Virus record (IMG/VR): IMGVR_UViG_3300040736_000076
Location: 1 to 50,155 of that record
Reading direction: 5' to 3' (one strand)
DNA from: a virus
Lineage: Duplodnaviria; Caudoviricetes
Length of the DNA stretch: 50,155 nucleotides
In this document: in pieces, positions 9,501 through 18,949 of the stretch
Numbering within the stretch: the first letter of the stretch is position 1
Layout of the letters: every line of letters starts with the position of its first letter
Notes under the pieces: generated by a model
Databases searched by the model: none
The model's input: the letters and a program-made list of their open reading frames with translations, nothing else
Told to the model about the DNA's origin: nothing
Program-made: the position numbers and the translations under genes

Positions 9501-11052
9501 GGTTGCCGAGCGGGACCGGCTGACGGCAACCCTGCGTCAGGCCAATAAGGTGGTGGAAAACAGCCCGGCGGTGCTGTTCCGCTGGAAGGGCGATGATGAG
9601 TGGCGCGTTGAGCTGGTTTCCGGAAATATCAAGCAGTTCGGGTATGACCCCGATGATTTCCTTTCCGGAAGCGTCACCTATTCCGCGATACTCCATCGTG
9701 ACGACCGGGAGCGGGTGACCCGGGAGGTCCACGATTTCTGCGATGAGGGGGCCGATCAGTTTCTCCTTGAATACCGGATAATGACCAATGGTGGGGATGT
9801 CCGCTGGGTAAACGAGCACAGCAATGTGGAACGGGACGGCGCGGGGCGCGTCACAAACTTCGAAGGGATCGTCATCGACGTCACCGAGCGCAAGAGGATG
9901 GAGGAAGAACTTCGCGACAGCCAGCAAAAGTACCGGTCACTGGTCGATACCTACGATGGCTTCATCTATATCTGTTCCCAGGATTACCGCGTCGAGTTCA
10001 TGAACCGGAAGCTGATCGAGCGGACCGGGGACGACGCTACAGGCGAATTCTGCTACGAGGTGCTTCACGGCAGGGATTCCGTCTGTCCGTGGTGCGTCAA
10101 TGATCGTGTATTTGCCGGAGAGACTCTGCATTGGGAGTTGAATAGCCCGAAGGATGGACGCTGGTACCATGTGGTGAACGTTCCCATTTACAATGCGAAC
10201 GGCACGATCTCGAAACATTCCGTCATCGCCGACATACACGACCTCAAACTGACCGAAGAGAAGCTGAGGGAAAAGAAGCAGCTGCTGGAAGAACTCAACG
10301 GCACACTGGAAAACAGGGTGCGTGAAGAAGTCGAGAAAAACCGTGAAAAGGACATCATGCTCATCCAGCAGAACCGCCAGGCGGCCCTGGGGGAGATGCT
10401 GGATCACATCGCACACCAGTGGAAGCAGCCGCTCACGTCCCTTTCCCTTGTTATTCAGGATCTGGGAGAAACAGCAGCCGATGGCGAACTGACGGATGAA
10501 CACGTCAGGGAAACCGTGCGCATGACAATGGCCCTGCTGGATCACATGATGCAGACCATGGATGTCTTCAGGGGTTTCTACCGGCCGGACAAGGAAAAGA
10601 AGGTGTTCACTATAAAGGACTCCATCGACCAGGCCCTCGCCTTCATTGCGCCGGCCCTGAGTTTCCATTCCATCACGGTTGAACTGGATGTGGATCCAGG
10701 CTTGACGGCGTTCGGCTATCCGAAGGAATATGTCCAGGTCCTTCTCAACATACTGGCAAACGCCAGGGATGTCTTCATGGCACGGGGAACGAAAAAACCG
10801 AGGGTGATGATACGGGCCTATGCGGAAGAGAGTGCGTCGGTCGTCACGGTGACGGACAACGGCGGGGGCATTCCCGAGGGAATCAGGGAAAGGATTTTCG
10901 ATTTCTATTTCACCACCAATGAAGCGGGCGGCGGCACGGGAATCGGTCTGTACATGGCAAAAAATATCATAGAAAAAAACATGGGAGGGGTGCTCAGCGC
11001 CGAAAATACGGCAGATGGCGCACGGTTCAGGATAGAAGTGTCCATTGCCTAG
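6559..11052 (+). CDS. Multi-sensor histidine kinase (periplasmic SBP, PAS, GAF, PocR, PAS, HisKA, HATPase)
   Basis: N-terminal TM and PDFPP SBP motif, repeated DITERK PAS ends, PocR-like YRCRNNMWHIVTPI, IAHQWKQP H-box, and N/G1/F/G2 boxes. Confidence 0.93.
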   Translation: MMSSIIPGIRKRSRWLWPAGALFLSVVLAVVAWNRHLAHEGADPLTATERAWLKAHPVIRLAPDPDFPPVEYFSGNGDYAGITADYVSLLEKRLGIRIEIVHLRNWDEVISKAKSRKIDVYVATKTPQRADYMLFTGPFLEFPVVIIAREKVKGPLDLEKLKGMKVSVVSEYAAHNFIVNKHPKVNPDPVPDVRTGLRKVSFGLSDAFVENLATATYYIEKEGITNLRIVGESGYSYRMGFCSRKDWPELNRILDKGLAAISTAEKQAIYKKWIPVEPGSLFASSEFRMGLLAAVAAILLMVAGVIAWNRALARQVRLRTGELEDELAERKRAEEALRESEEKFRVLAETIPAAVIVYQGEEMVYLNPMAIHAIGYEERECLNMKFWDMAHDDFRELVKERGLARQRGEAVPSRYEYKWVTKEGKEKWALLSGARIEYRGKPAGIATLIDITERKQMEEELQRARDDLEIRVAGRTTELRRAKELLEEEISVRNRTERVITARLRLLEFAATHSMDALLEATLDEAEALTDSLIGFYHFLDDDQKTLSLQNWSTRTKAEFCRAEGKGHNYDLSAAGVWVDCIHERRPVIHNDYASLSDRGEMPPDHARLVRELVVPVFRGDAVVAILGVGNKPRNYTPEDVEAVSLLADLAWEIVERKRMEEELLLSQFCIDKAGIGIYQSDETGTIFNVNDHACKDLGYTREELCALSIFDIDPEINPERMLELKKILDDKGAATHYTSHRRKDGTTLPVEITANHLDFHGKRYGISFVKDITERKQAEEALRESETRVRRKLESILDPEGDTGELDLADILDSPQIQALMDDLYRITGLKMGIIDLKGRVLVDAGWQDICSKYHRNHPETLKKCLESDTDLTVGLPPGEFRQYRCRNNMWHIVTPIIVGGRHMGNLFLGQFFFTNEEPDYDLFRSQASAYGFPEKEYLAALDAVPRHSQELVNTGKAVFLRFTEMLSKLSYANIKLAHSVAERDRLTATLRQANKVVENSPAVLFRWKGDDEWRVELVSGNIKQFGYDPDDFLSGSVTYSAILHRDDRERVTREVHDFCDEGADQFLLEYRIMTNGGDVRWVNEHSNVERDGAGRVTNFEGIVIDVTERKRMEEELRDSQQKYRSLVDTYDGFIYICSQDYRVEFMNRKLIERTGDDATGEFCYEVLHGRDSVCPWCVNDRVFAGETLHWELNSPKDGRWYHVVNVPIYNANGTISKHSVIADIHDLKLTEEKLREKKQLLEELNGTLENRVREEVEKNREKDIMLIQQNRQAALGEMLDHIAHQWKQPLTSLSLVIQDLGETAADGELTDEHVRETVRMTMALLDHMMQTMDVFRGFYRPDKEKKVFTIKDSIDQALAFIAPALSFHSITVELDVDPGLTAFGYPKEYVQVLLNILANARDVFMARGTKKPRVMIRAYAEESASVVTVTDNGGGIPEGIRERIFDFYFTTNEAGGGTGIGLYMAKNIIEKNMGGVLSAENTADGARFRIEVSIA

Positions 11053-11082
11053 CAAAGCAACCCTGACATCCGCTTGATTGAA

Positions 11083-11088
11083 CATCGG
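11083..11088 (+). repeat. Target-site duplication CATCGG (left copy)
   Basis: Identical hexamer directly outside both TG...CA ends (second copy at 27956-27961). Confidence 0.9.
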
Positions 11089-11131
11089 TGATCAGAGATG
11101 ATATAAGTCAGGGACAAGATATGCAATAAGT
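11089..11131 (+). repeat. Left terminal inverted repeat with two ATGNNATAAST putative transposase-binding motifs
   Basis: TGATCAGAGATGATATAAGTCAGGGACAAGATATGCAATAAGT vs right-end reverse complement TGAAGCGCGATGTTATAACTCACCAGCGAAATATGCAATAACT. Confidence 0.85.
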
Positions 11132-11253
11132 GGGTTGCGGGAGAGAGCGGGAGTCTTCGTGATAGTGCGGGATTGTGGTCAATTTCAAGTGATGTTTGAT
11201 GACGATACGGATCTCGTTACATTTTGTTTTCTCCCCAATGGATTGTCTACCAA

Positions 11254-11697
11254 TCAGGTCGCGTGCAACTCGTAAGTCCGGCCTTTCTTCATCCGTTTGA
11301 TGACCCCAGATAATGAAGCAAAGTAGAGGATGTATGAGATGGTTTCTCGTTCGACGCCGGGACATACCTTATACAGATCGGTTTGCAGGATGCCGGGCGT
11401 TGCCTTGATGATCGGGATAAGCACAGCCAATCCGTTTTTGTAGGCAGGATCAGCCTGGACAAAATCGGAGTACTCCTTATTTACAAGCTCAAGCTCTCTT
11501 GACCACTTGCCGCCCTCTGTTTCGTTGGCCTGCCGCCAGCTCTCGGCGGCCTTCATGTATTCCACCCGTGCTCTGTCGGTATCACCGGCACGGACCGCCT
11601 GTCGCGCCCAGTCCAAATGCAGTAATCCATCACCTACTCGTCCACAACCCTGCAAATAGTCTCTATTATTCAGGTCTATTCTTTCAGAAATACCCAT
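11254..11697 (-). CDS. Hypothetical accessory protein, possible C-terminal winged helix
   Basis: ORF coupled to the upstream gene, ATG at 11697, ends ...GVIKRMKKGRTYEL. Confidence 0.6.
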   Translation of the reverse strand: MGISERIDLNNRDYLQGCGRVGDGLLHLDWARQAVRAGDTDRARVEYMKAAESWRQANETEGGKWSRELELVNKEYSDFVQADPAYKNGLAVLIPIIKATPGILQTDLYKVCPGVERETISYILYFASLSGVIKRMKKGRTYELHAT

Positions 11698-11698
11698 T

Positions 11699-12340
11699 TT
11701 ACTTAGCCCCCTGCTTCCAACCTGCAACCGCAAGATAAGTCTTTCTCAAATCATCATCGCTCAAATCTGAGATGGAATCGACTTGAAATCTATCATTCAA
11801 ATACTCGTCAAGTTTCTTCTCAAGGCCCATTTTTATGACATTTGTTTTAATATAAGCATATTGTCTCTTGCGCCAATCAGTGGTGAGTTTTTTAGGAGCG
11901 CTCTTTGCGCCTGTCAAGCGTCCGATCCATTGACGAAGATATTTCTCCACAACTGGAAACTTTTCAAGAGGTATCAAGCGATACTGGGTGACGCCGCCCT
12001 TGTTATTTGCGGCATTTTGAATTGCGGCATAGCTTTTTGGTTTCGTTTTCAGGGCTTTCTCAAGGTCTCCTATCTCTCTGACAAGGCTTCTGATGATAAC
12101 CGCCTGTTCTTCAGTGATAACCACATGTCCAGGCACTACCGTGACTTTTGGCCGATGTACAACCTTTTCAGCTGTGATGTTGTTAACCGTGCCATTGTCG
12201 CCTATGACAACGCCGTGACTATCTGAAACTGAAATGCTTGTCGATATTTCTTTCTTCTTGCTGGGCGAGGGCTTCTCTCCTGACACTGGTTTTACCAGCT
12301 TCAAAACGCTTTTCATTCTTTCTTTCGTATCGTCCGCCAT
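11699..12340 (-). CDS. Phage ORF6C-like domain protein, co-oriented with the repressor
   Basis: RBS AAGGAG; VTQYRLIPLEKF resembles the ORF6C signature. Confidence 0.55.
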   Translation of the reverse strand: MADDTKERMKSVLKLVKPVSGEKPSPSKKKEISTSISVSDSHGVVIGDNGTVNNITAEKVVHRPKVTVVPGHVVITEEQAVIIRSLVREIGDLEKALKTKPKSYAAIQNAANNKGGVTQYRLIPLEKFPVVEKYLRQWIGRLTGAKSAPKKLTTDWRKRQYAYIKTNVIKMGLEKKLDEYLNDRFQVDSISDLSDDDLRKTYLAVAGWKQGAK

Positions 12341-12352
12341 ATCCCTTTCTCC

Positions 12353-12778
12353 TTATGCCGCAAGCCTTACCAAACTTATCACCGTTGCCCTGTTGATTTT
12401 CCTGCTTTCCGGAGCTTCCTTCAAATGCCATTGACAGAGCAGCATCACCAGTTCCGCCTTCTTTTCCGGCGTCAGTGTCCCCTTTATTTCCTCCAAATAC
12501 TCCTCAACCGCCTGGATTGCCTCTTTCAGTAACTCCTCGTCAATGACCCCAGGTGCGGCTTTGGGCTCTTCACCTCGTTTCATGGGGCCTTCGCCCGTGA
12601 GAAGCCACTTGTGTTCAATCTGATATCGCTCGCAAACGAGGACAATAAAATCTGCGGGTGGAGTCCTACCTTTGAGGTACTGATTTACAGTAGTAGAGCT
12701 TTTGCCAAGCTTTGCAGCAAACTCCCTACCAGACACGGACCCCATGATTATTTTCAGCCTGTCCGCAAATGAGTTCAT
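12353..12778 (-). CDS. XRE-family HTH repressor (Mu c position)
   Basis: FADRLK...SGREFAAKLGKSSTTVNQYLKG..P and WLLTGEG motifs, divergent from the early operon. Confidence 0.88.
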   Translation of the reverse strand: MNSFADRLKIIMGSVSGREFAAKLGKSSTTVNQYLKGRTPPADFIVLVCERYQIEHKWLLTGEGPMKRGEEPKAAPGVIDEELLKEAIQAVEEYLEEIKGTLTPEKKAELVMLLCQWHLKEAPESRKINRATVISLVRLAA

Positions 12779-12784
12779 TTTTTG

Positions 12785-12813
12785 TTGACTCCGTTCTTAA
12801 TTGAGTTTATATT
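12785..12813 (+). promoter_or_regulatory. Sigma70-type early promoter (Pe-like)
   Basis: TTGACT-17 bp-TATATT upstream of the ner-like gene. Confidence 0.65.
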
Positions 12814-12915
12814 GTCCTCAAATGTTTACGAATCTAAACGTAAAGTGATAAAAATTTTTTGCTGACCTATCAGCCTGAGACGTCGCGGGAAACTTTCCCA
12901 GAAGCGAGGCAACCC

Positions 12916-13113
12916 ATGAAAAACTATGAAATCAGAAAGACCAGATCGCTTATGACTCTATATGGAATCACCAATCGTATGATTGCAGAGCAAGCCGGGG
13001 TCTCGGAAACATTCGTCTCCTACGTCATCAACGCAAAACGTAAAGGCAGCCGGGTGAAAAAAATCATTGAAGAAATGATCCGTGCAAAGAGCGGCGAACC
13101 CATTACAGCCTGA
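12916..13113 (+). CDS. Ner/Cro-like HTH regulator
   Basis: GITNRMIAEQAGVSETFVSYVI HTH, first early gene opposite the repressor. Confidence 0.8.
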   Translation: MKNYEIRKTRSLMTLYGITNRMIAEQAGVSETFVSYVINAKRKGSRVKKIIEEMIRAKSGEPITA

Positions 13114-13170
13114 TTGATTTTGCACTCTATCAAATATGGTTTGAGTTTAACAGAGCAAATGAGGGATGTC

Positions 13171-13608
13171 ATGGCGAATCGAAAAGCACATGTTGATAAG
13201 GGGTTATCTATGCAACCGGCGCTGTTTGACAACAACACGGCAGAGGGTGCCCTTGATATTGACCTGGGCTTCCGACAGTGCCTGTCCAGGTCGATGAGCG
13301 GCTGCGGCAAGGACCGCTATCAGATTGCGGCCGAGATGTCACGCCTGATGAAGGCAACGATCAGTAAAGAGATGTTGGACAAATACGCAGCAAGTGATCC
13401 GGCTAATGGAATGAAGGCCGCTGCTCTTACGGCGTTCTGTTTCGTAAGCGGCACTTTTGAGCCCTTCCGCTACCTGTTGGAGCCCCTCGACGCCGATGTG
13501 TTGCACCCGGAAGACAAGGACTTGGTCGAGCTGGCCCGGCTCACCGAACAACAGCGCAGCATCGAGCAGCGGATACTAATAATCCGCTCCAAACGCGGCA
13601 TCAAGTAG
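13171..13608 (+). CDS. Phage early regulatory protein (CII-like)
   Basis: DRYQIAAEMSRL...ISKEMLDKYAA motif common in Mu-like early operons. Confidence 0.6.
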   Translation: MANRKAHVDKGLSMQPALFDNNTAEGALDIDLGFRQCLSRSMSGCGKDRYQIAAEMSRLMKATISKEMLDKYAASDPANGMKAAALTAFCFVSGTFEPFRYLLEPLDADVLHPEDKDLVELARLTEQQRSIEQRILIIRSKRGIK

Positions 13609-13618
13609 GAGGCGCGTC

Positions 13619-13807
13619 ATGTTGATGGGATTTCCGATGATACCGTTTCGCCTGTGCGATTTCTGGGCGATTCACGAAGAGAAGATGGAGTGCGGTGTTT
13701 TACGAGTGTTCGGCGAACTTCCGGGAGGTTCTTCCGCCGTCGCGTATTTTCGACCGCAAGCTGTTCCGCGTGGCTCCTGGATAGCGGACAACCTTAAGGA
13801 GGTCTGA
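13619..13807 (+). CDS. Small hypothetical protein
   Basis: RBS AGGAGG, fills the operon gap. Confidence 0.45.
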   Translation: MLMGFPMIPFRLCDFWAIHEEKMECGVLRVFGELPGGSSAVAYFRPQAVPRGSWIADNLKEV

Positions 13808-13809
13808 TC

Positions 13810-14106
13810 GTGGCGACAACTTACAAACGGATTGAGGCGGTCCGGAAGACGACAGAGATTATTGAGTACCTGTCTGGGGTAAAGGACATAGTCACCGGGC
13901 CACAGATCGCTCAGGCGGTCGGCATGTCGGTGGGCACGGTCATGTGCCACCTGGCCACGCTGGAGGACGCAGGGTACGTGATGATGATCGGCGGAGGCTA
14001 TCGGCTCGGCATGAGGCTGGCCGTGCACTGGGCCAGGATCAGGAGCAACCTGGAGGCAGAGATCGCCCGGCGGCAGCGCGAGCTGGAATCCATAACGGTG
14101 AGGTAA
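13810..14106 (+). CDS. IclR-type HTH protein
   Basis: IEAVRKTTEIIEYL...QIAQAVGMSVGTVMCHLATLEDAGYV, RBS AAGGAGG. Confidence 0.8.
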   Translation: MATTYKRIEAVRKTTEIIEYLSGVKDIVTGPQIAQAVGMSVGTVMCHLATLEDAGYVMMIGGGYRLGMRLAVHWARIRSNLEAEIARRQRELESITVR

Positions 14107-14202
14107 GTGTTATGCCGAACAGAAAAAAAGGCGTCTGGCCTTACTAGCCGGGCACTTATAAATAGGTTGAAAGACAAATTCTCATGGATGATGGAGGCGA
14201 AA

Positions 14203-15114
14203 ATGTCGCGAAAACAAACTGAAATACCCGTGGAAACCCTTGCTGGTGAAGAGATTTACAAAACAGCGAGGGCGGCCGCCGATCGGGAGCTTGCCGAGAT
14301 GCGAGAAAAAATGAATTTGTCCAACGAACTTGGACTGATTGCAGGGCGTATACAGGCATACAAATCAATAGAACTCCTCTCGGAATACCTCGGATATAAA
14401 CAGCTGGCCAAGATCATAGACAACAAAGAATTCAAGAAAATTCCGGGCATTACAAGCATAGATGACTATCTCGAACAGCTCGGGATCGGTAGATCAACCG
14501 CCTATAACAATCTTAAAATTGCACGCACATTGACGGTTGAAGAAGTTAAATTGTTGGACAAAGTCGGTTTTACTCGCCGTGACCTCCTCGGCTATGCCTC
14601 CCTCCCGGACGAAGCCCGTATGGAAATACGCGACGGCAAGGTCATAAATCTTGAAAAAGCCGACCGGGAAGAGATTCGGAAGGTTATCGAGGACATCCTC
14701 TTGGAGAATAAGAAGGTAAAAGAAGATACAGATGCAGAAATAAGGGTTCGCGATAGGGAAATTGCATCAAAGCGGGAATTAATCAAAAAGCAGGAGAAAG
14801 AACTTGCCCTCTTCGAAAAACAGGCACTGGTCCGCGGGCTTACCCCTGACGAGGATGCGTTCGTTAAACGGATCGAAGCATACAAAATCATGGCGCAAGG
14901 TTCGTTGATTGCCATGGAGCCCGCTGAAATCAGGAACGAATTTCCCGACCTCTCCCCTCGCATGCGCGCCGCGCTCATCTCCAGCGCCCATTACCTGAAG
15001 ATGCAGATTCTAGCCCTCTACGACACCCTGGTTACAGAGGTGGGCGATCCCACCATGAACCCGGAACTTCTGGAGGATTATTCCCGATGGGCGGAGCAGA
15101 ACGGCTTTAAATAA
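14203..15114 (+). CDS. DUF3102-like phage protein (HTH plus coiled coil) preceding the transposase
   Basis: SIDDYLEQLGIGRSTAYNNLKIA HTH, typical position in B3-like transposable phages. Confidence 0.6.
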   Translation: MSRKQTEIPVETLAGEEIYKTARAAADRELAEMREKMNLSNELGLIAGRIQAYKSIELLSEYLGYKQLAKIIDNKEFKKIPGITSIDDYLEQLGIGRSTAYNNLKIARTLTVEEVKLLDKVGFTRRDLLGYASLPDEARMEIRDGKVINLEKADREEIRKVIEDILLENKKVKEDTDAEIRVRDREIASKRELIKKQEKELALFEKQALVRGLTPDEDAFVKRIEAYKIMAQGSLIAMEPAEIRNEFPDLSPRMRAALISSAHYLKMQILALYDTLVTEVGDPTMNPELLEDYSRWAEQNGFK

Positions 15115-15177
15115 GCAGGGGAGGCGGTTATATCCTCCCGGACGTGACGCGACGGAAACTTCACCAGAGAGGGAAGT

Positions 15178-16860
15178 ATGTGGCAACGGGATATGGTTTT
15201 TGACCTTAAAGAAGCGCAGCCCGGCGACCGGAGGGCAATCATCGACAAGTACTGCGGCCAATATGGTTACACCTACGGGCACATGATGCGGATAGCCAAG
15301 GAGTACGGCTTTAGCAGCGGACGCAAGTCACGTTGCGACAAGGGAACAAGTTCCATCAGCCCCGACCAGCTCGACGCGGTAGGGTCCTTTATGCGAGTCA
15401 CACGCCGTGAAAACAAAGGGGTCATCTCCCCGGTCGAAAACGCTCTGGTCTTTTTCGAGGATAACGGCCTGATTGCACCGGGCCAGGTATCGGTCCCCAC
15501 GCTACAGAGAAAACTCAGGGAGCGGCAAATGAGCGCCAAACATCAGAACAGCCCTACCCCGCACACCGAGATGCGCAGCCTTCATCCGAACCACGTTCAC
15601 AGCGTCGATGTATCAACCTGCATCCAGTATTACCTTGACAAAGGCGGCATGTCGGTAATCCGCGAGGATGAATTCTACAAGAACAAACTGGAGAATTTCA
15701 AAAAAATCAAGACGCCACTGCAACGCTACATCATCACCGATCATTTTTCCGGCTTCTTCTTTGTCAAATATTACCTCACGGACGGCGAGACCGCCGAGAA
15801 CCTGTTCGATTTCGTATGCAGCGCCTGGGAGGTGAAGCATGACAACCGCTTCCCTTTCCGGGGCGTGCCGCTGCTGATGCTTATGGACGGCGGTTCGCGG
15901 GCAAAAGCAAAGGCGCTCGGGCTCCCCTTCTGGGACGGCATCGGCGTTGACATCCTTCCAGGCATGGCGGGCAATTCCCGCCGTCAAGGCTCGGTAGAGG
16001 TAACCCATTGCATCTGGGAAGAATGGTTTGAAACCCGCCTCCGGATCGACCCGGCGACCTCTTTGGAGGACCTGAACCGAAAAGCCTTCGGTTTCTGCCT
16101 CTGGTACAACGCCACCAAAAAGCACACCCGCCACGGTTTCCCCCGCCTTTCCATGTGGCTCAACATCAATGCGGAACAATTACGTGAACTCCCCGCCAGG
16201 GCCGAACTCCAGGACCTGCTGAACAAACCGGAGGAAGAGCGCACCGTGGCCAACAACCGCATTTCCTTCCAGGGCAAGGAATTCAACCTGCGCGGCTTCG
16301 GTATCCCGGCAGGGGCAAAGGTAACGGTCATTAAGAACCTGTACAAGTGGCGCGAAGGTATCGTCATCATCGGGTACGAGAATAACCGGTACGAGGCGCG
16401 GGCTATCGACAAGTTGCCGGCCGAGTTGGGAGGGTTCTCCGTCAATGCGGCTATCATCGGCCAGGAATACAAGGCCCAGCCCGAGACCTTTACACAGCAG
16501 GCCGCAAAGCGGATGGACGAGCTTGCTTACGGCAGCCGGGAGCCCAACAGGAAGAAGGAAACCCCCTTCTATGGCATGAACGCCTTCGAGGGGTTCACGG
16601 AAAAGGTGGACAACCTTGCCACCCTGCCGAAACGTGGCACACCCATCGAGATCGCCCGCCCTGCCGCGCCGATGGAATACCCCGTCATGGAGCTGTTCAA
16701 GCGCATGAGAGAGGCCGGAATCGCTATCACCACGGAGATAAACCGGGAGCTGCGGGCCGAGTACCGGGGCACGGTCACGGCAGCGGATATAGAAGCGGTA
16801 ATCGGCCGATTTACGGGTAGTGAGGCAGGTGAAAACCAGCGGCAGGCGGCAGGCGGCTAA
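15178..16860 (+). CDS. Mu-like DDE transposase (gpA)
   Basis: RSLHPNHVHSVDVS, RYIITDHFSG, RGVPLLMLMDGGS and GSVEVTH motifs of B3-type transposases. Confidence 0.92.
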   Translation: MWQRDMVFDLKEAQPGDRRAIIDKYCGQYGYTYGHMMRIAKEYGFSSGRKSRCDKGTSSISPDQLDAVGSFMRVTRRENKGVISPVENALVFFEDNGLIAPGQVSVPTLQRKLRERQMSAKHQNSPTPHTEMRSLHPNHVHSVDVSTCIQYYLDKGGMSVIREDEFYKNKLENFKKIKTPLQRYIITDHFSGFFFVKYYLTDGETAENLFDFVCSAWEVKHDNRFPFRGVPLLMLMDGGSRAKAKALGLPFWDGIGVDILPGMAGNSRRQGSVEVTHCIWEEWFETRLRIDPATSLEDLNRKAFGFCLWYNATKKHTRHGFPRLSMWLNINAEQLRELPARAELQDLLNKPEEERTVANNRISFQGKEFNLRGFGIPAGAKVTVIKNLYKWREGIVIIGYENNRYEARAIDKLPAELGGFSVNAAIIGQEYKAQPETFTQQAAKRMDELAYGSREPNRKKETPFYGMNAFEGFTEKVDNLATLPKRGTPIEIARPAAPMEYPVMELFKRMREAGIAITTEINRELRAEYRGTVTAADIEAVIGRFTGSEAGENQRQAAGG

Positions 16861-16886
16861 CGGCTGAAAATCAATGGAGGTGTGAC

Positions 16887-18116
16887 GTGACGAACGGATC
16901 GAACGCGTACCGGTTGGAGGTGCGGCCGATCGTGCTGAAAGAGCTGATCGTGCGGTGCGACATCTTCCAGGGAAACCTTGCAACTCATCTTGGACTTGCC
17001 AGGACAACCATCAACCTAGTTATCAACAGAGGGTATCTACCGGCCACGGTTCCAGATTTCAAAAGCAAGGTCGAACAGTGGCTGATGCAACAACCCGGAG
17101 TGGAACAGTGGCTGATTCAGCAGGGGTTTCGAATAGGCGACATCTGGAGCCCGCTCGGCAGGCAGATGCACCGGGTGCACCCGAAGAGCAGCTATCAGAC
17201 GAAGAAAGACGGGGCAACGACCCCCGGAAACCCTGAGTCAATCACTATACAATGGGAGGTGGAGATGATTTCACAAGAGGCGATGCGATATTTCAAGTTG
17301 TTCCGCAACCCCTTCATCGACGATATCCAGAAGGATTCCGACATTTACATGAGCGACGAGCATCGCTTTATCAAAGAGGCCATGCTTGACGCCGCCCGGC
17401 ACGGCGGGTTCCTGGCTATTATCGGGGAGGTCGGCAGCGGTAAATCGGTGATGAGGCGCATGGTCGTCGAGCAGCTGAAGCGTGAGGGCGACATGCTGGT
17501 TATCTATCCCCAGACCATCGACAAAACCCGGCTCACCGCCGCGTCCATCTGCGACGCCATCATCTACGACATCAGCAGCGAAAAGGCCAAAATAAAATTA
17601 GAGGACAAATCACGCCAGGTGCAGCGGTTGCTGCTGGACCGCGCGAAATCCGGATACCGGGCCTGCCTGGTCATCGAGGAAGCTCACGACCTGAACGTGA
17701 AGACCCTCAAATTCTTGAAAAGGTTTTACGAGCTGGAAGACGGTTATCGGAAACTCCTCGGCATCATACTTGTCGGTCAGACCGAGTTGAAGCATCTGTT
17801 CAATGAAGCCCAAAATGTCGATATGCGCGAGGTGATACGTCGGGTCCAAGTAGCTGAGATCCAGGGGTTGAACGGGCATATGCGGGATTATCTTGCCACC
17901 AAGTTCAAACGCGTAGGCGCAAAGATAGAGGACATATTTTCCGAAGATTCGTTTGATGCCCTTTCACGCCGACTTACCAGCGCCAGTCGCGACGGGAAGG
18001 GGAATGTGTCCCACGCATACCCACTCCTAGTCAACAATTATGCCGCCAAAGCCATGAATCTTGCCTTTGAGATGGGGGAAACAAAGGTGAGCGAAGAAGT
18101 AATCATGGCCATTTAG
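16887..18116 (+). CDS. Transposition ATPase (MuB/ExeA-like AAA) with N-terminal HTH
   Basis: Walker A GEVGSGKS, Walker B LVIEEAH, GQTELK, YPLLVNN. Confidence 0.92.
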   Translation: MTNGSNAYRLEVRPIVLKELIVRCDIFQGNLATHLGLARTTINLVINRGYLPATVPDFKSKVEQWLMQQPGVEQWLIQQGFRIGDIWSPLGRQMHRVHPKSSYQTKKDGATTPGNPESITIQWEVEMISQEAMRYFKLFRNPFIDDIQKDSDIYMSDEHRFIKEAMLDAARHGGFLAIIGEVGSGKSVMRRMVVEQLKREGDMLVIYPQTIDKTRLTAASICDAIIYDISSEKAKIKLEDKSRQVQRLLLDRAKSGYRACLVIEEAHDLNVKTLKFLKRFYELEDGYRKLLGIILVGQTELKHLFNEAQNVDMREVIRRVQVAEIQGLNGHMRDYLATKFKRVGAKIEDIFSEDSFDALSRRLTSASRDGKGNVSHAYPLLVNNYAAKAMNLAFEMGETKVSEEVIMAI

Positions 18117-18174
18117 CGGGGAGACAAACACCAGAGAAAAGGGGCTGTGCGATGAACAAAGGAGCGCGTGAAAA

Positions 18175-18495
18175 ATGACCAATACCATATTACAGCAGCT
18201 TGAAGGGATAGAAAGACTGGAGGCGGTCAAGGCCCTTATTGCCGCGCTCCATACGCTAACCGAAGGGATGAAGGCCAAAGACCTGCCGGGGATCGTGCCG
18301 ATTGTGCAGCGGCTTGTTCCGATCAAAAAACGCAAGCATGACCCGTATGCCGAGGTATGGGCATATCTTGAAACAATCCCAGAGTACACCACCGGCAAGG
18401 AACTTAGAGCCGAACTTGTTGCCCGTTTTGGTGAAGAGGGGACGCCTTGTCTGTCGCATCTTTACAAATATCTGCGGACAAGGGGGAAACTATGA
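18175..18495 (+). CDS. Small HTH protein (paralogue of the next gene)
   Basis: YTTGKELRAELVARFGEEGTPCLSHLYKYL. Confidence 0.65.
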   Translation: MTNTILQQLEGIERLEAVKALIAALHTLTEGMKAKDLPGIVPIVQRLVPIKKRKHDPYAEVWAYLETIPEYTTGKELRAELVARFGEEGTPCLSHLYKYLRTRGKL

Positions 18496-18740
18496 TCCGC
18501 GACAAAATAAACCCGTTGCTTGTGCGCCGTCCCCGTGGAGGTATGTCCCGCGTAGAGCAGGATAAGGAGGTGTTCGACTTTATCAACGGGCTTGACCGCT
18601 ACCATACCATCAAGGAATTACGAGAGTTGATATCACGGCGCTTCGGGAAAGCAAGAACCCCGTCAAAAAGCAGCCTGGGACGGTTCCTGAGGAAAATTAC
18701 GAAAGAATACAGCTACGACAAAGGAGGAGAGAGGACATGA
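18492..18740 (+). CDS. Small HTH protein
   Basis: YHTIKELRELISRRFGKARTPSKSSLGRFL, ATGA overlap with the upstream gene. Confidence 0.65.
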   Translation: MIRDKINPLLVRRPRGGMSRVEQDKEVFDFINGLDRYHTIKELRELISRRFGKARTPSKSSLGRFLRKITKEYSYDKGGERT

Positions 18741-18949
18741 CCGCAAGCGAAGAAAATATAGCGCTCAATGAGCTGGAGGACTGCCTCAGCATCACCATGT
18801 TTCTGAATCTGGCATGCTGCGCCATGGCGGGGGAAATGCGCCATCTCCCTAAGAACAACCGTGAAACCGTCGGATTGCAGCACTGCTTTCACTATCTGCA
18901 AAGCAAGCTTGAAGGCGCTATTTCTACCCTTGAAGGGGGGAACGCATGA
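18737..18949 (+). CDS. Hypothetical protein
   Basis: RBS and ATGA coupling. Confidence 0.6.
   Translation: MTASEENIALNELEDCLSITMFLNLACCAMAGEMRHLPKNNRETVGLQHCFHYLQSKLEGAISTLEGGNA

Noticed and set aside
3946-11085. Long minus-strand ORFs (470, 330, 638, 382 aa)
   Set aside because: GC-rich antisense frames of well-supported genes
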